Below, one piece after another: positions 40,821 through 48,972 of a stretch of 64,000 bases of DNA. The position numbers and the translations under genes are program-made. The stretch's first letter is position 1; each line of letters opens with the position of its first letter. Below the pieces are notes generated by a model that ran no database searches, was not told the DNA's origin, and saw only the letters and a program-made list of their open reading frames with translations. The DNA lies in NCBI GenBank assembly GCA_040386195.1, contig JAZKFV010000012.1, positions 64,342-128,341 of the forward strand, read 5' to 3'. This DNA is from Pseudomonadota bacterium. Its GTDB lineage: Bacteria > Pseudomonadota > Alphaproteobacteria > Rickettsiales > UBA1997.

Positions 40821-41662
40821 AATTGGTGTTTGATAATTTTTTCAGCCTTCTTCGCCTCAGCCATCAAAACCGAAAATTCCGGAATATCTTGATCCCATTC
40901 AATTAGAGTTGGTGAGGTTTTAAACTTGCTAACGGCAATTTTATATAAATCCCAAACTGCATCACAAACAAAATTATCATGAGTATCGACCAACATTTTT
41001 TGTTTGCCAAATTTGCGCACCGAATGCCCAGCCAAATGCATTTCGCCAACAATTTTTGCATCAATATTTTGCAAATATTTTTTAGCATCAAAACCATTAT
41101 TTGTAGAGCTAACATAAATATTGTTAATATCTAACAAGATCTTGCAGCCGGTAATTTTAGCGGTTTGATTGATAAATTCATCCTCGGCAATTTGAGAATT
41201 TATAAAGCTTAAATAAGTTGAAGGATTTTCAACTAAAATTTCTCTTTTTAAAAAATCTTGAGTTTGAGAAATATTTCCGCAGAGAATTTTTAATGATTCT
41301 TTGGTATAGGGAATTGGTAGCAAATCATTTAAAACTCTATCTTCAACATTACTCCACGAAATATGATCGGACACCAAAAACGGCTCGGTAATGGCAATTA
41401 ATTTTTTTAGATTCTGTAAATGTTTTTTGTGAATTTTGGTTGCTGATCCCAGTGAAAGACCAACGCCGTGAAGACTTAAAGGATAATGTTGACGAACTTT
41501 TTTGATAAAATTTATGGCAGCGCCGCCAGATGAGAAAAAATTTTCACTATGAACTTCAAGCCAAGGAACTGGTGGTTTTTTTTCAAGAATGTATTGGTGA
41601 TGTATATGCCTTAAACCAACTCCAACAGCGTTTGCTGAAGTTGGCTTGTTAAGATTGAACAC
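40817..41662 (-). CDS. DUF692 / multinuclear non-heme iron oxidative (MNIO) enzyme, BufB/MbnB/HvfB-like
   Basis: 281-aa ORF with VGVGLRHIHHQYIL...PWLEVHSENFF, LSLHGVGLSLGS, VSDHISW, LVENPSTYL, and EMHLAGH, a typical DUF692 TIM-barrel metal-ligand pattern. Confidence 0.85.
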   Translation of the reverse strand: MFNLNKPTSANAVGVGLRHIHHQYILEKKPPVPWLEVHSENFFSSGGAAINFIKKVRQHYPLSLHGVGLSLGSATKIHKKHLQNLKKLIAITEPFLVSDHISWSNVEDRVLNDLLPIPYTKESLKILCGNISQTQDFLKREILVENPSTYLSFINSQIAEDEFINQTAKITGCKILLDINNIYVSSTNNGFDAKKYLQNIDAKIVGEMHLAGHSVRKFGKQKMLVDTHDNFVCDAVWDLYKIAVSKFKTSPTLIEWDQDIPEFSVLMAEAKKAEKIIKHQL

Positions 41663-41668
41663 TTGAAA

Positions 41669-41911
41669 CTATTTTGTTTCAGTTGCTTTTTTGTCAGCCG
41701 GAGTAGCTTTTGCTTTTTTGTTAGCAGCTTTTTTAGAATTACATTTGTGAGCTTCTGCTTTAGTAGCCGAAGTTTGATTAGCTTCTTTTTTAGCTTTGCA
41801 AGTATTAGAAGAACATTTGTGAGCAGTTTCTTTGTTGAACATAGAGCAGCTGGCAACAAGAGTTAAGCCAACAACACCAGTAGCAACGGATTTTAAAAAA
41901 GTTTTTTTCAT
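41669..41911 (-). CDS. Small Lys/Ala-rich lipoprotein with repeated AHKC motifs (candidate RiPP precursor)
   Basis: 80-aa ORF with a signal peptide and lipobox (GLTLVAS/C). Two copies of the motif are present: ETAHKCSSNTCKAKKEANQ and AEAHKCNSKKAANKK. Its stop lies 6 nt upstream of the DUF692 start. Confidence 0.6.
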   Translation of the reverse strand: MKKTFLKSVATGVVGLTLVASCSMFNKETAHKCSSNTCKAKKEANQTSATKAEAHKCNSKKAANKKAKATPADKKATETK

Positions 41912-41953
41912 AATATAAAAAATTAAAGTTAATAAAGTTAAAAAGTGGTAAGT

Positions 41954-42208
41954 TTAAGACAAGCTGCCATTAACAATTCTTTCGCAAGTGCCTTTTGGAA
42001 GAAGAACCCATTCGTCTTTAGCGCCGTCAATTTTGGCGGATCCAGCGCAAGAGTGAGTGCCTTTTTTTGTAGCACAATCATTTTTTCCGGCTTTAACAAC
42101 GCCATAACATTTTTCCATTTTAGCGTTATCGGCTAAAGCTGGAGTGGATGCAATTGCAATTGAAGTGACGCCAAGAATAACTGAGGAAATAAAAGTTTTT
42201 TTGTTCAT
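41954..42208 (-). CDS. DUF2282-family secreted Cys-containing peptide (bufferin BufA1-like RiPP precursor)
   Basis: This uses the inner ATG at 42206-42208 of track ORF 41954-42256. The sequence is [26 protein letters not shown] (Sec signal), then [48 protein letters not shown]. That is the DUF2282 pattern, with 4 Cys. Confidence 0.8.
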   Translation of the reverse strand: MNKKTFISSVILGVTSIAIASTPALADNAKMEKCYGVVKAGKNDCATKKGTHSCAGSAKIDGAKDEWVLLPKGTCERIVNGSLS

Positions 42209-42311
42209 GTCTTTGTAGGAAAAATTTAATGAAATAAGAAAAAATAACTGCAGCAAAAACTAATTATTTTTTTGTATTTGTCAAAAACAATTTGGCAGCA
42301 AAATTGATTTT

Positions 42312-43097
42312 TTAATAATGCTTTAAAATTCTGCTTCCAAAGCCAATTTTTTGACTATTTTTTATTGTTTTATAAACAAACAAATTGGCTTTTTTAACTG
42401 CACTTTCCAAGTTTAAATTTTGACTCACAAAACAAGTAATTGCAGTGGCTAATGTGCAGCCGGTTCCGTGAACATTTTTGAAAGGTAATTTTTTATTACT
42501 GAAGAATTTTTCTGCGCCATTTTCTTGGAGTAAATAGTTAAAAATTTTATCGCCGCAGTTTAAATGCCCGCCTTTGATTAAAACATTTTTAACCCCAATT
42601 TTTTTAATTTTTTTTGCGGCAATTTTTACATCATCTAAATTTTTTATTTTCATCTCCGCCAAAATTTCTGCCTCAAAAATATTGGGTGTAACTAAATATG
42701 AATTGGCAATTAATTGTTCTTTCAAAACCTTGATAGCATTGGTTTTCAAGAGCAAATCGCCGCTGGTGGCAACCATTACCGGATCGGTTATGATTGGAAT
42801 TTTTTTAGCTTTTTGTTTTAAAATTTCTGCAACCGTTTCAGTGATTTGGGCATTGCCAAGCATACCAATTTTGATCGCATCAATTTTTATATCATCCAAA
42901 ACAACTTCAATTTGTTTGCTTAAAAAATCAACCGGCGGATAGAAAATGTCATAAACTTTTTGGCTATTTTGAGCGGTAAGACAAGTGATTGCAGAAGCGC
43001 AGTAAGTTTGAAGCGCAGTGGCAGTTTTAATGTCAGCTTGCACGCCAGCGCCACCGCAAGAATCTGAGCCGGCAATGATGAGTATTTTGTGTTTCAC
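42312..43097 (-). CDS. thiD: Hydroxymethylpyrimidine / phosphomethylpyrimidine kinase
   Basis: 261-aa ORF with ILIIAGSDSCGGAGVQADIKT, KIGMLG, and VHGTGCTLATAI. Confidence 0.9.
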   Translation of the reverse strand: MKHKILIIAGSDSCGGAGVQADIKTATALQTYCASAITCLTAQNSQKVYDIFYPPVDFLSKQIEVVLDDIKIDAIKIGMLGNAQITETVAEILKQKAKKIPIITDPVMVATSGDLLLKTNAIKVLKEQLIANSYLVTPNIFEAEILAEMKIKNLDDVKIAAKKIKKIGVKNVLIKGGHLNCGDKIFNYLLQENGAEKFFSNKKLPFKNVHGTGCTLATAITCFVSQNLNLESAVKKANLFVYKTIKNSQKIGFGSRILKHY

Positions 43098-43137
43098 AAT
43101 AAATTTATTTTTTTACTGAACGAATTGTGCAAATTAC

Positions 43138-43163
43138 TCACCGCCAAAATAATTGGCGGCTGC
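43138..43163 (-). terminator. Possible terminator hairpin after purE
   Basis: The minus strand reads GCCGCCAA-TTATT-TTGGCGGT about 15 nt after the purE stop. The downstream U-tract is poor (GAGTAATTTG). Confidence 0.35.
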
Positions 43164-43176
43164 GTCATTTGTCATT

Positions 43177-43662
43177 TTAAGGATTTAGCCCAACTGATTT
43201 GGTCTGAGTGTTTCGAAAATCGACTAATTTTTTAGCTAATTTTTCATCATTCAAAGCCAAAATTGCTATTGCCAAAAGCGCCGCATTTTTAGCACCGGCA
43301 GAGCCAATTGCTAAAGTTCCAACCGGAATTCCAAAAGGCATTTGGGCAATTGATAACAAGCTATCTAAACCTTTCAAAGTTTTGCTCTCAACAGGAACGC
43401 CCAAAACCGGAAGTTCAGTCATCGCCGCCGCCATTCCCGGCAAATGCGCCGCACCACCAGCGCCAGCAATTATTACTTTAATCCCGTTTTCTTTAGCGTT
43501 ATGGGCAAAATCATAAAGCCTTTGCGGAGTTCGGTGCGCTGAAACAATTTTGGTTTCATAAGCAATTTTAAATTCATCCAAAATATCGCAAGCAAATTTC
43601 ATCGTTGTGAAATCCGACTTGCTGCCCATTATAATTGCGATTTGATTTTTGTTTTTGCTCAT
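43177..43662 (-). CDS. purE: N5-carboxyaminoimidazole ribonucleotide mutase
   Basis: 161-aa ORF with [17 protein letters not shown], and [13 protein letters not shown]. Confidence 0.9.
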   Translation of the reverse strand: MSKNKNQIAIIMGSKSDFTTMKFACDILDEFKIAYETKIVSAHRTPQRLYDFAHNAKENGIKVIIAGAGGAAHLPGMAAAMTELPVLGVPVESKTLKGLDSLLSIAQMPFGIPVGTLAIGSAGAKNAALLAIAILALNDEKLAKKLVDFRNTQTKSVGLNP

Positions 43663-43664
43663 AA

Positions 43665-43925
43665 TTATTTATAAATTTTGCTACGATGATTAATTTCAAT
43701 AACTAAAACCACTAATTCTTTTTCTTGTAAATCACAAATAATTCTATAATCGCCAACTCGATAACGCCATAAACCTTTTAAATTAGAGGTTAGAGCTTTG
43801 CCAAATAATTTAGGTGATTTTTTTAAATTTTCCTTATTAAGAAAATTTAATATTTTACTTTGTGTCTGATTATCAAGTTTGCTGATAATTTTTTTTGATT
43901 TTTCACTAAGGCTTATTTCCCACAT
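43665..43925 (-). CDS. Type II toxin, RelE/ParE superfamily
   Basis: 86-aa [36 protein letters not shown] is the classic RelE/StbE C-terminal signature. Confidence 0.8.
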   Translation of the reverse strand: MWEISLSEKSKKIISKLDNQTQSKILNFLNKENLKKSPKLFGKALTSNLKGLWRYRVGDYRIICDLQEKELVVLVIEINHRSKIYK

Positions 43926-43947
43926 TTGGTGATTGTGTTAATTGTTA

Positions 43948-44181
43948 CTATTCAAGTCTAATTCCAAGCTCTTTGGCGATTTCTTCAAGACTATAAGTTT
44001 TGCTGCCACTTTTTTTATGTTCTTTTAAAGCTTTAATGCCAGAGCGGTAATCTTGCCAATCTTCAAGCTTTTCTTGTAAAGCTTTTTTGATCAACCAAGA
44101 TTTGGTGCGATCTTCTTCTTCGCAAAATTTTTCTAGCACTTTTTCAAGATCTGCGGGGATTCTAAAAGTTAAAACTGACAT
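43948..44181 (-). CDS. Type II antitoxin, ribbon-helix-helix (CopG/RelB-like)
   Basis: 77-aa ORF, 22 nt upstream of the toxin gene. The N-terminal RHH is LTFRIPADLEKVLEKFCEEEDRTKSWLIKKAL. Confidence 0.75.
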   Translation of the reverse strand: MSVLTFRIPADLEKVLEKFCEEEDRTKSWLIKKALQEKLEDWQDYRSGIKALKEHKKSGSKTYSLEEIAKELGIRLE

Positions 44182-44247
44182 AATAAAATAAAATTAAAAT
44201 TGATAATGTGCACAATGTAATACAAACAATACTTTGTAGTCAATTAT

Positions 44248-45630
44248 TTATTTTAAATCTTCAACCAGCTTTATAAAAAAATCTCCTCTTACTTCAAAAT
44301 TTTTCCACTGATCAAAAGAAGCGCAAGCGGGGGAAAGAAGGATATTTTTTTCTGCGGATTGATCTTTTAAAGCCAAATCATAAGCCATTGCAAAGGCATT
44401 TTTTAAATTGTCACATTTAAAATATTCAACTTTATTTTCTAAAGTTTTGGCAAATTCGTCGCTGGCGGCGCCGATTAAAAAGGCATATTTGATTTTTGAA
44501 AAATATTGTTCAAGGCTGGCAATGCCGCCATCTTTAGCTTTGCCGCCTAAAATCCAATAAATATTTTGATAAGGTTTAAGAGCGTTTTCGGTGGAATCGG
44601 CGTTGGTGGCTTTGCTGTCGTTGATAAAGTTGATGTTGTTGATAGTTTTAACTAGCTGCATTCTGTGCCTCAAACCTTGAAAAGTTTTGATTGCGGCGAT
44701 GATTTGTTCTTCAGAAATTCCCGATAAAAAACAATTAGCAAAAGCAAAAGCAATATTTTGAGCGTTATGTTCACCCTTCAAAAAGGTTCTGGCGCCTAAG
44801 TCAATAGCTGATTTATTAGCTCCAATATTGTTGTAAATAATATTGCCAATCATCGCAATTCCACCTTTTATGATCTGTGTTGTTGAGATGGGAATTAAAG
44901 TTGATTTGTAATTAGAATCATTTTTTAAATCTTCATAAACTGCTTTAGAATGTTCATTATCAATGCCAATCACAGCAAAATCATCTTTAGTTTGATTCAA
45001 AAAAATTCGTTTTTTTGCAGCAATATAACCATTCATATCTTTATGGCGATCCAAATGATCTGGGGTTATGTTTAAAATATTGGCAATATGAAATCGAGTT
45101 TTATCAATCAAATCCAACTGATAAGACGACATTTCAATAATATAATTTTCACCTGCGTTTAGTTTGGGCAAAGCCAGTGCGCCAATGCCAATATTGCCGC
45201 CAACAGCGTGAGGTTTTTTTGCTGATGCAAAAATATGTCCGCTGAGTGCGGTGGTAGTTGATTTGCCGTTGGTTCCGGTGATGCCGATAAATTGAGCAGC
45301 TTTGTTAAATAAATATAAAATTTCAACATCACAAATAATTGGACAATTGTTTTTATTAGCTTCTAAAACAATTTTATGAGGAGTTGGATATTTTAAAGGA
45401 ATGCCAGCGGCAAGCACCAAAGATTGAGCATTTTGCCAATCAATTGCTTGGATATTTTTAATAATTTTTAAATTAGATTTTAGATCTTGATGTTCTTGCA
45501 AATATTTATTGAGACTTTCCAAAGAACTTTGATTATCATCGCCAACCACAACTTCAGCGCCTTGTTCCAAAAGAAATTTTACCGCCGCATTTCCTGAAAT
45601 TCCTAGACCAAAAACGATAAATTTTTTCAT
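44248..45630 (-). CDS. murD: UDP-N-acetylmuramoylalanine--D-glutamate ligase
   Basis: 460-aa ORF with the N-terminal Rossmann VFGLGISG and the Mur ligase P-loop GITGTNGKSTT. Confidence 0.9.
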   Translation of the reverse strand: MKKFIVFGLGISGNAAVKFLLEQGAEVVVGDDNQSSLESLNKYLQEHQDLKSNLKIIKNIQAIDWQNAQSLVLAAGIPLKYPTPHKIVLEANKNNCPIICDVEILYLFNKAAQFIGITGTNGKSTTTALSGHIFASAKKPHAVGGNIGIGALALPKLNAGENYIIEMSSYQLDLIDKTRFHIANILNITPDHLDRHKDMNGYIAAKKRIFLNQTKDDFAVIGIDNEHSKAVYEDLKNDSNYKSTLIPISTTQIIKGGIAMIGNIIYNNIGANKSAIDLGARTFLKGEHNAQNIAFAFANCFLSGISEEQIIAAIKTFQGLRHRMQLVKTINNINFINDSKATNADSTENALKPYQNIYWILGGKAKDGGIASLEQYFSKIKYAFLIGAASDEFAKTLENKVEYFKCDNLKNAFAMAYDLALKDQSAEKNILLSPACASFDQWKNFEVRGDFFIKLVEDLK

Positions 45631-45700
45631 AGTTTTAATTAAAAATTATTGTAAATTGCGGCTAATCTAATCCAAATAAAAATCAAAATCCAACAAGATT

Positions 45701-46522
45701 ATGCCCGAACTTCCTGAGGTTGAAACCATTTGTCGTGGTATTGAGCAAAATATTATCGGCAAAAAAATTGCTGCAATTCAAACTTCTGATAAAAATTTGC
45801 GTCTGCCATTTCCCAAAAATTTTTCTGAATTAAAAGATCAGAAAATTATTTCGGTTGCCAGAAGAGCTAGATATATTCTGATTAAAATCACTACTCAAAA
45901 AATTTTATTAGTGCATTTGGGAATGAGTGGCAAATTACTTTATTTAGAAAAACTGCCAAAAAAATTAGAAAAGCATGATCATTTTGTAATGCAGTTCAGC
46001 GATGATTCATGCCTGATTTATAATGATCCAAGACGATTTGGTTTGGTAGATTTGGTGGATGAGAAAAAAATTAATTTGCATTCAATGATTAAAAATCTTG
46101 GCTTTGAACCTTTAACAAAAGATTTTAACGGCAAATATTTGCAAGCGAAATTAAAAGGCAAAAAAATCAATATCAAAACTGTAATGATGGATAACGCAAT
46201 TGTGGTTGGTGTTGGCAATATTTATATTAATGAATCTTTATTCGAATCCAAAATTTCACCTTTAAGAGAAGCCGGAAATTTGAGTTTAAAAGAGCTAGAA
46301 ACTCTAATTAACAACATTAAAAAAATTCTCCAAAAAGCCATCAAACTAGGCGGATCAACACTGCGCGACTATGTAAAATCCAACGGCGATGTTGGTGGTT
46401 TTCAGTTTGATTTCAAAGTCTACGGACGCGATAATTGCAGCTGCCTTGTTTGCTCTGGTAAAATTAAAAAAATTAAACAAAATGGCAGATCAAGCTTTTA
46501 TTGCCCATCTTGCCAACATTAA
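45701..46522 (+). CDS. mutM: Formamidopyrimidine-DNA glycosylase
   Basis: 273-aa ORF starting MPELPEVE, with a C-terminal zinc finger CLVCSGKI...FYCPSCQ. Confidence 0.9.
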   Translation: MPELPEVETICRGIEQNIIGKKIAAIQTSDKNLRLPFPKNFSELKDQKIISVARRARYILIKITTQKILLVHLGMSGKLLYLEKLPKKLEKHDHFVMQFSDDSCLIYNDPRRFGLVDLVDEKKINLHSMIKNLGFEPLTKDFNGKYLQAKLKGKKINIKTVMMDNAIVVGVGNIYINESLFESKISPLREAGNLSLKELETLINNIKKILQKAIKLGGSTLRDYVKSNGDVGGFQFDFKVYGRDNCSCLVCSGKIKKIKQNGRSSFYCPSCQH

Positions 46523-46546
46523 ATATCAATTCTAAGCAAAACTAAA

Positions 46547-47977
46547 ATGATTCCCTTTGACGATAAATTAAAAGAAGAATGTGGTGTTTTTGGCATTTTT
46601 AATAGTAAAGATGCGGCGGTGAATACGGCGTTGGGGTTGCATGCTTTGCAGCATCGCGGGCAAGAAGCGGCGGGGGTGGTGGCTTGTCATAATGGTAATT
46701 TTGCGATGCATTTTGCGGATGGGTTGGTGGGTGATAATTTTAATTCGTCGGAAATTGTTAATAAATTGCAGGGCGATATTGCCATTGGGCATGTGCGCTA
46801 TTCTACGGCGGGTAAAAAAACTGCCCGCAATTATCAACCGATTTTTGCTGAGTTTAGTTTTGGCTGTTTGGCGATTGCTCATAATGGCAATTTGACTAAC
46901 GCGGCGGTGCTTAGAAAATCCTTGATTGAGCGTGGTTCAATTTTTCAATCATCAATGGATACCGAAGTGATTATTCATTTAATTGCGCTGAGTCAGAAAA
47001 ACACTTTGATTGACAAAATTGTTGATGCTATTTCCCAAATTGAAGGTGCTTATTCATTAGTTATTCTGCATAAAGACGGCATTATCGCCATTCGCGATCC
47101 TTATGGAGTTCGCCCTTTAGTGCTTGGAAAATTAGGTGAGGCTTATGTTGTTGCAAGTGAAACTTGTGCTTTTGATATTATTGGCGCTGAGTTTGTGCGC
47201 GATATTAAGCATGGGGAATTGGTAATTATTGATAATTTGGGCATTAAAAGTATCGAACCTTTTAGAGCTGCGCCCTCAAAATTTTGTATTTTTGAATATA
47301 TTTATTTTGCCCGCCCGGATAGCGTTTTGGAAGGTAAAAGTGTTTATCAGATGCGTAAAAATATTGGTATTGAGCTGGCTAAAGAAGTGAGTATTGATGC
47401 TGATGTTGTGGTGCCAATTCCTGATTCCGGCGTTCCGGCGGCAATTGGTTATTCTTTGCAATCCAAAATTCCTTTTGAGCTGGGCATTATTAGAAACCAT
47501 TATGTTGGGCGAACTTTTATTGAGCCGTCAGATCGTATTCGCCATTTTGGAGTCAAGCTCAAACACAATGCCAATCTTAATGTTATCAAGGGTAAAAGAG
47601 TGATTTTGGTTGATGATTCTATCGTGCGCGGCACGACTTCGAAAAAGATTGTCCAAATGATTAGAGAAGCGGGAGCCAAAGAAGTTTATATGTTAATTGC
47701 CAGCCCGCCAACCACCGATTCTTGCTTTTATGGCGTGGACACTCCGGATAAAAAAGATTTAATGGCGGCGAATCATAAAATTGCTGAAATGGCAAAATTG
47801 ATTGGCGTCGATCATTTGGCTTATATTTCAATTGATGGTTTATATCGCGCGGTTGGTGAAACTAAAAGAAATGGCGACTTTCCGCAATATTGCGACGCCT
47901 GCTTCACCGGAGAATATCCGATTCGTTTAACCGACCAAGAAGGTGGTGAAATGCCGTTATTTAATTTTGCAAAATAA
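46547..47977 (+). CDS. purF: Amidophosphoribosyltransferase
   Basis: 476-aa ORF with the N-terminal nucleophile region ECGVFGI, the PRPP-binding VILVDDSIVRGTT, and Cys ligands near the C-terminus (CFYGVD, CDACF). Confidence 0.95.
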   Translation: MIPFDDKLKEECGVFGIFNSKDAAVNTALGLHALQHRGQEAAGVVACHNGNFAMHFADGLVGDNFNSSEIVNKLQGDIAIGHVRYSTAGKKTARNYQPIFAEFSFGCLAIAHNGNLTNAAVLRKSLIERGSIFQSSMDTEVIIHLIALSQKNTLIDKIVDAISQIEGAYSLVILHKDGIIAIRDPYGVRPLVLGKLGEAYVVASETCAFDIIGAEFVRDIKHGELVIIDNLGIKSIEPFRAAPSKFCIFEYIYFARPDSVLEGKSVYQMRKNIGIELAKEVSIDADVVVPIPDSGVPAAIGYSLQSKIPFELGIIRNHYVGRTFIEPSDRIRHFGVKLKHNANLNVIKGKRVILVDDSIVRGTTSKKIVQMIREAGAKEVYMLIASPPTTDSCFYGVDTPDKKDLMAANHKIAEMAKLIGVDHLAYISIDGLYRAVGETKRNGDFPQYCDACFTGEYPIRLTDQEGGEMPLFNFAK

Positions 47978-47978
47978 T

Positions 47979-48203
47979 ATGACTAAATCGAAAAATAATA
48001 TTGAAAAACTAGATTTTGAAACCGCCTTAGAAAAGTTGGAAGAAATCGTTGAGAAGTTAGGCAGCGGCAAAGTAAATCTAGAAGAGATGGTTGATTTATA
48101 CGAACAAGGAATTGCCTTAAAAGATCATTGCAGCAAAAAATTATCCGACGCTAAAATGAAAGTTGAAATCCTCGTTAAAAAAGAATCCGCCATCAATAAT
48201 TAA
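47979..48203 (+). CDS. xseB: Exodeoxyribonuclease VII small subunit
   Basis: This uses the ATG at 47979, 1 nt after the purF stop. LDFETALEKLEEIVEKLGSGKVNLEEMVDLYEQGIALKDHC is a typical XseB sequence. Confidence 0.85.
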   Translation: MTKSKNNIEKLDFETALEKLEEIVEKLGSGKVNLEEMVDLYEQGIALKDHCSKKLSDAKMKVEILVKKESAINN

Positions 48204-48312
48204 TTTTTGTCTTTTATTGCGACACGAAAATTATTTTAAAAAATTTTCTTTGCTTTTTAATCCCGATCAATTTATCCGTTAGAGCTCTTTTTAATTAGCC
48301 CGATTGCAGAAC

Positions 48313-48909
48313 ATGAAGAATATACCCAATATTTTGACTCTTTTTCGCATTGCCATAATTCCGATTTTGGTGATGTCATTTTATATTGATGGTTTTGTAG
48401 CAAATATTGTTGCTGCCTCTTTATTTATGATTGCCAGCATCACCGATTTTTTTGATGGTTATTTTGCTAGAAGCTTGAAAGCGCAAACCAATTTTGGTCG
48501 TTGCCTTGATCCGATTGCCGATAAATTATTAGTAATTGTGGCAATCACAATGTTGATTCATTTTGGGCATAAAAATATGGCAATCACTATTCCCGGATTA
48601 ATAATTATTTGCCGAGAAATTTTGGTTTCCGGCTTGAGAGAATTTTTGGCTTCTATCCGTGTTGGCATTCCGGTCAGCAATCTTTCCAAATGCAAAACCG
48701 CGGTGCAGATGATTGCAATTACATTATTATTAATTGGACAACCTGGCTCTGAATATGCGGTTGATCTTTTGGTGGATGTTGACAAAAGTTTAAAATTTAT
48801 TGTTGCGGAAGTAATAATTACTGCCGGAGAAACTTTATTGGCCGTAGCCGCGTTTTTAACGGTTGTAACTGGTTACATTTATTTGAAAATCGGCTTAAAA
48901 AATATGTAA
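48313..48909 (+). CDS. pgsA: CDP-diacylglycerol--glycerol-3-phosphate 3-phosphatidyltransferase
   Basis: The ATG at 48313 is used, whereas the track uses a TTG at 48304. The CDP-alcohol phosphatidyltransferase motif is DFFDGYFAR....FGRCLDPIADKLL. Confidence 0.85.
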   Translation: MKNIPNILTLFRIAIIPILVMSFYIDGFVANIVAASLFMIASITDFFDGYFARSLKAQTNFGRCLDPIADKLLVIVAITMLIHFGHKNMAITIPGLIIICREILVSGLREFLASIRVGIPVSNLSKCKTAVQMIAITLLLIGQPGSEYAVDLLVDVDKSLKFIVAEVIITAGETLLAVAAFLTVVTGYIYLKIGLKNM

Positions 48910-48914
48910 ATATT

Positions 48915-48960
48915 AGTCGTAAGTCGTAAGTCGTAAGTCGTAAGTCGTAAGTCGTAAGTA
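48915..48960 (+). repeat. Heptanucleotide microsatellite (AGTCGTA)6.5 in the pgsA-topA spacer
   Basis: Read directly as six perfect AGTCGTA units plus AGTA. It starts 6 nt after the pgsA stop and ends 12 nt before the topA ATG. Confidence 0.95.
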
Positions 48961-48972
48961 TAAAAATATAAA

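Noticed and set aside
41611-41866. 82-aa (minus strand) and 67-aa (plus strand) ORFs overlapping the Lys/Ala-rich lipoprotein gene
   Set aside because: These are alternative frames of a low-complexity AAA/GCT-rich stretch. Only the 41669-41911 frame has a signal peptide with a lipobox, a plausible start, and tight coupling to the DUF692 gene.
43098-43176. TPP (THI-box) riboswitch upstream of thiD
   Set aside because: The 79-nt spacer lacks the conserved CUGAGA and ACCUGAUCUGGAUAAUGCCAGCG-type elements. It contains only a short hairpin, better explained as a weak purE terminator.
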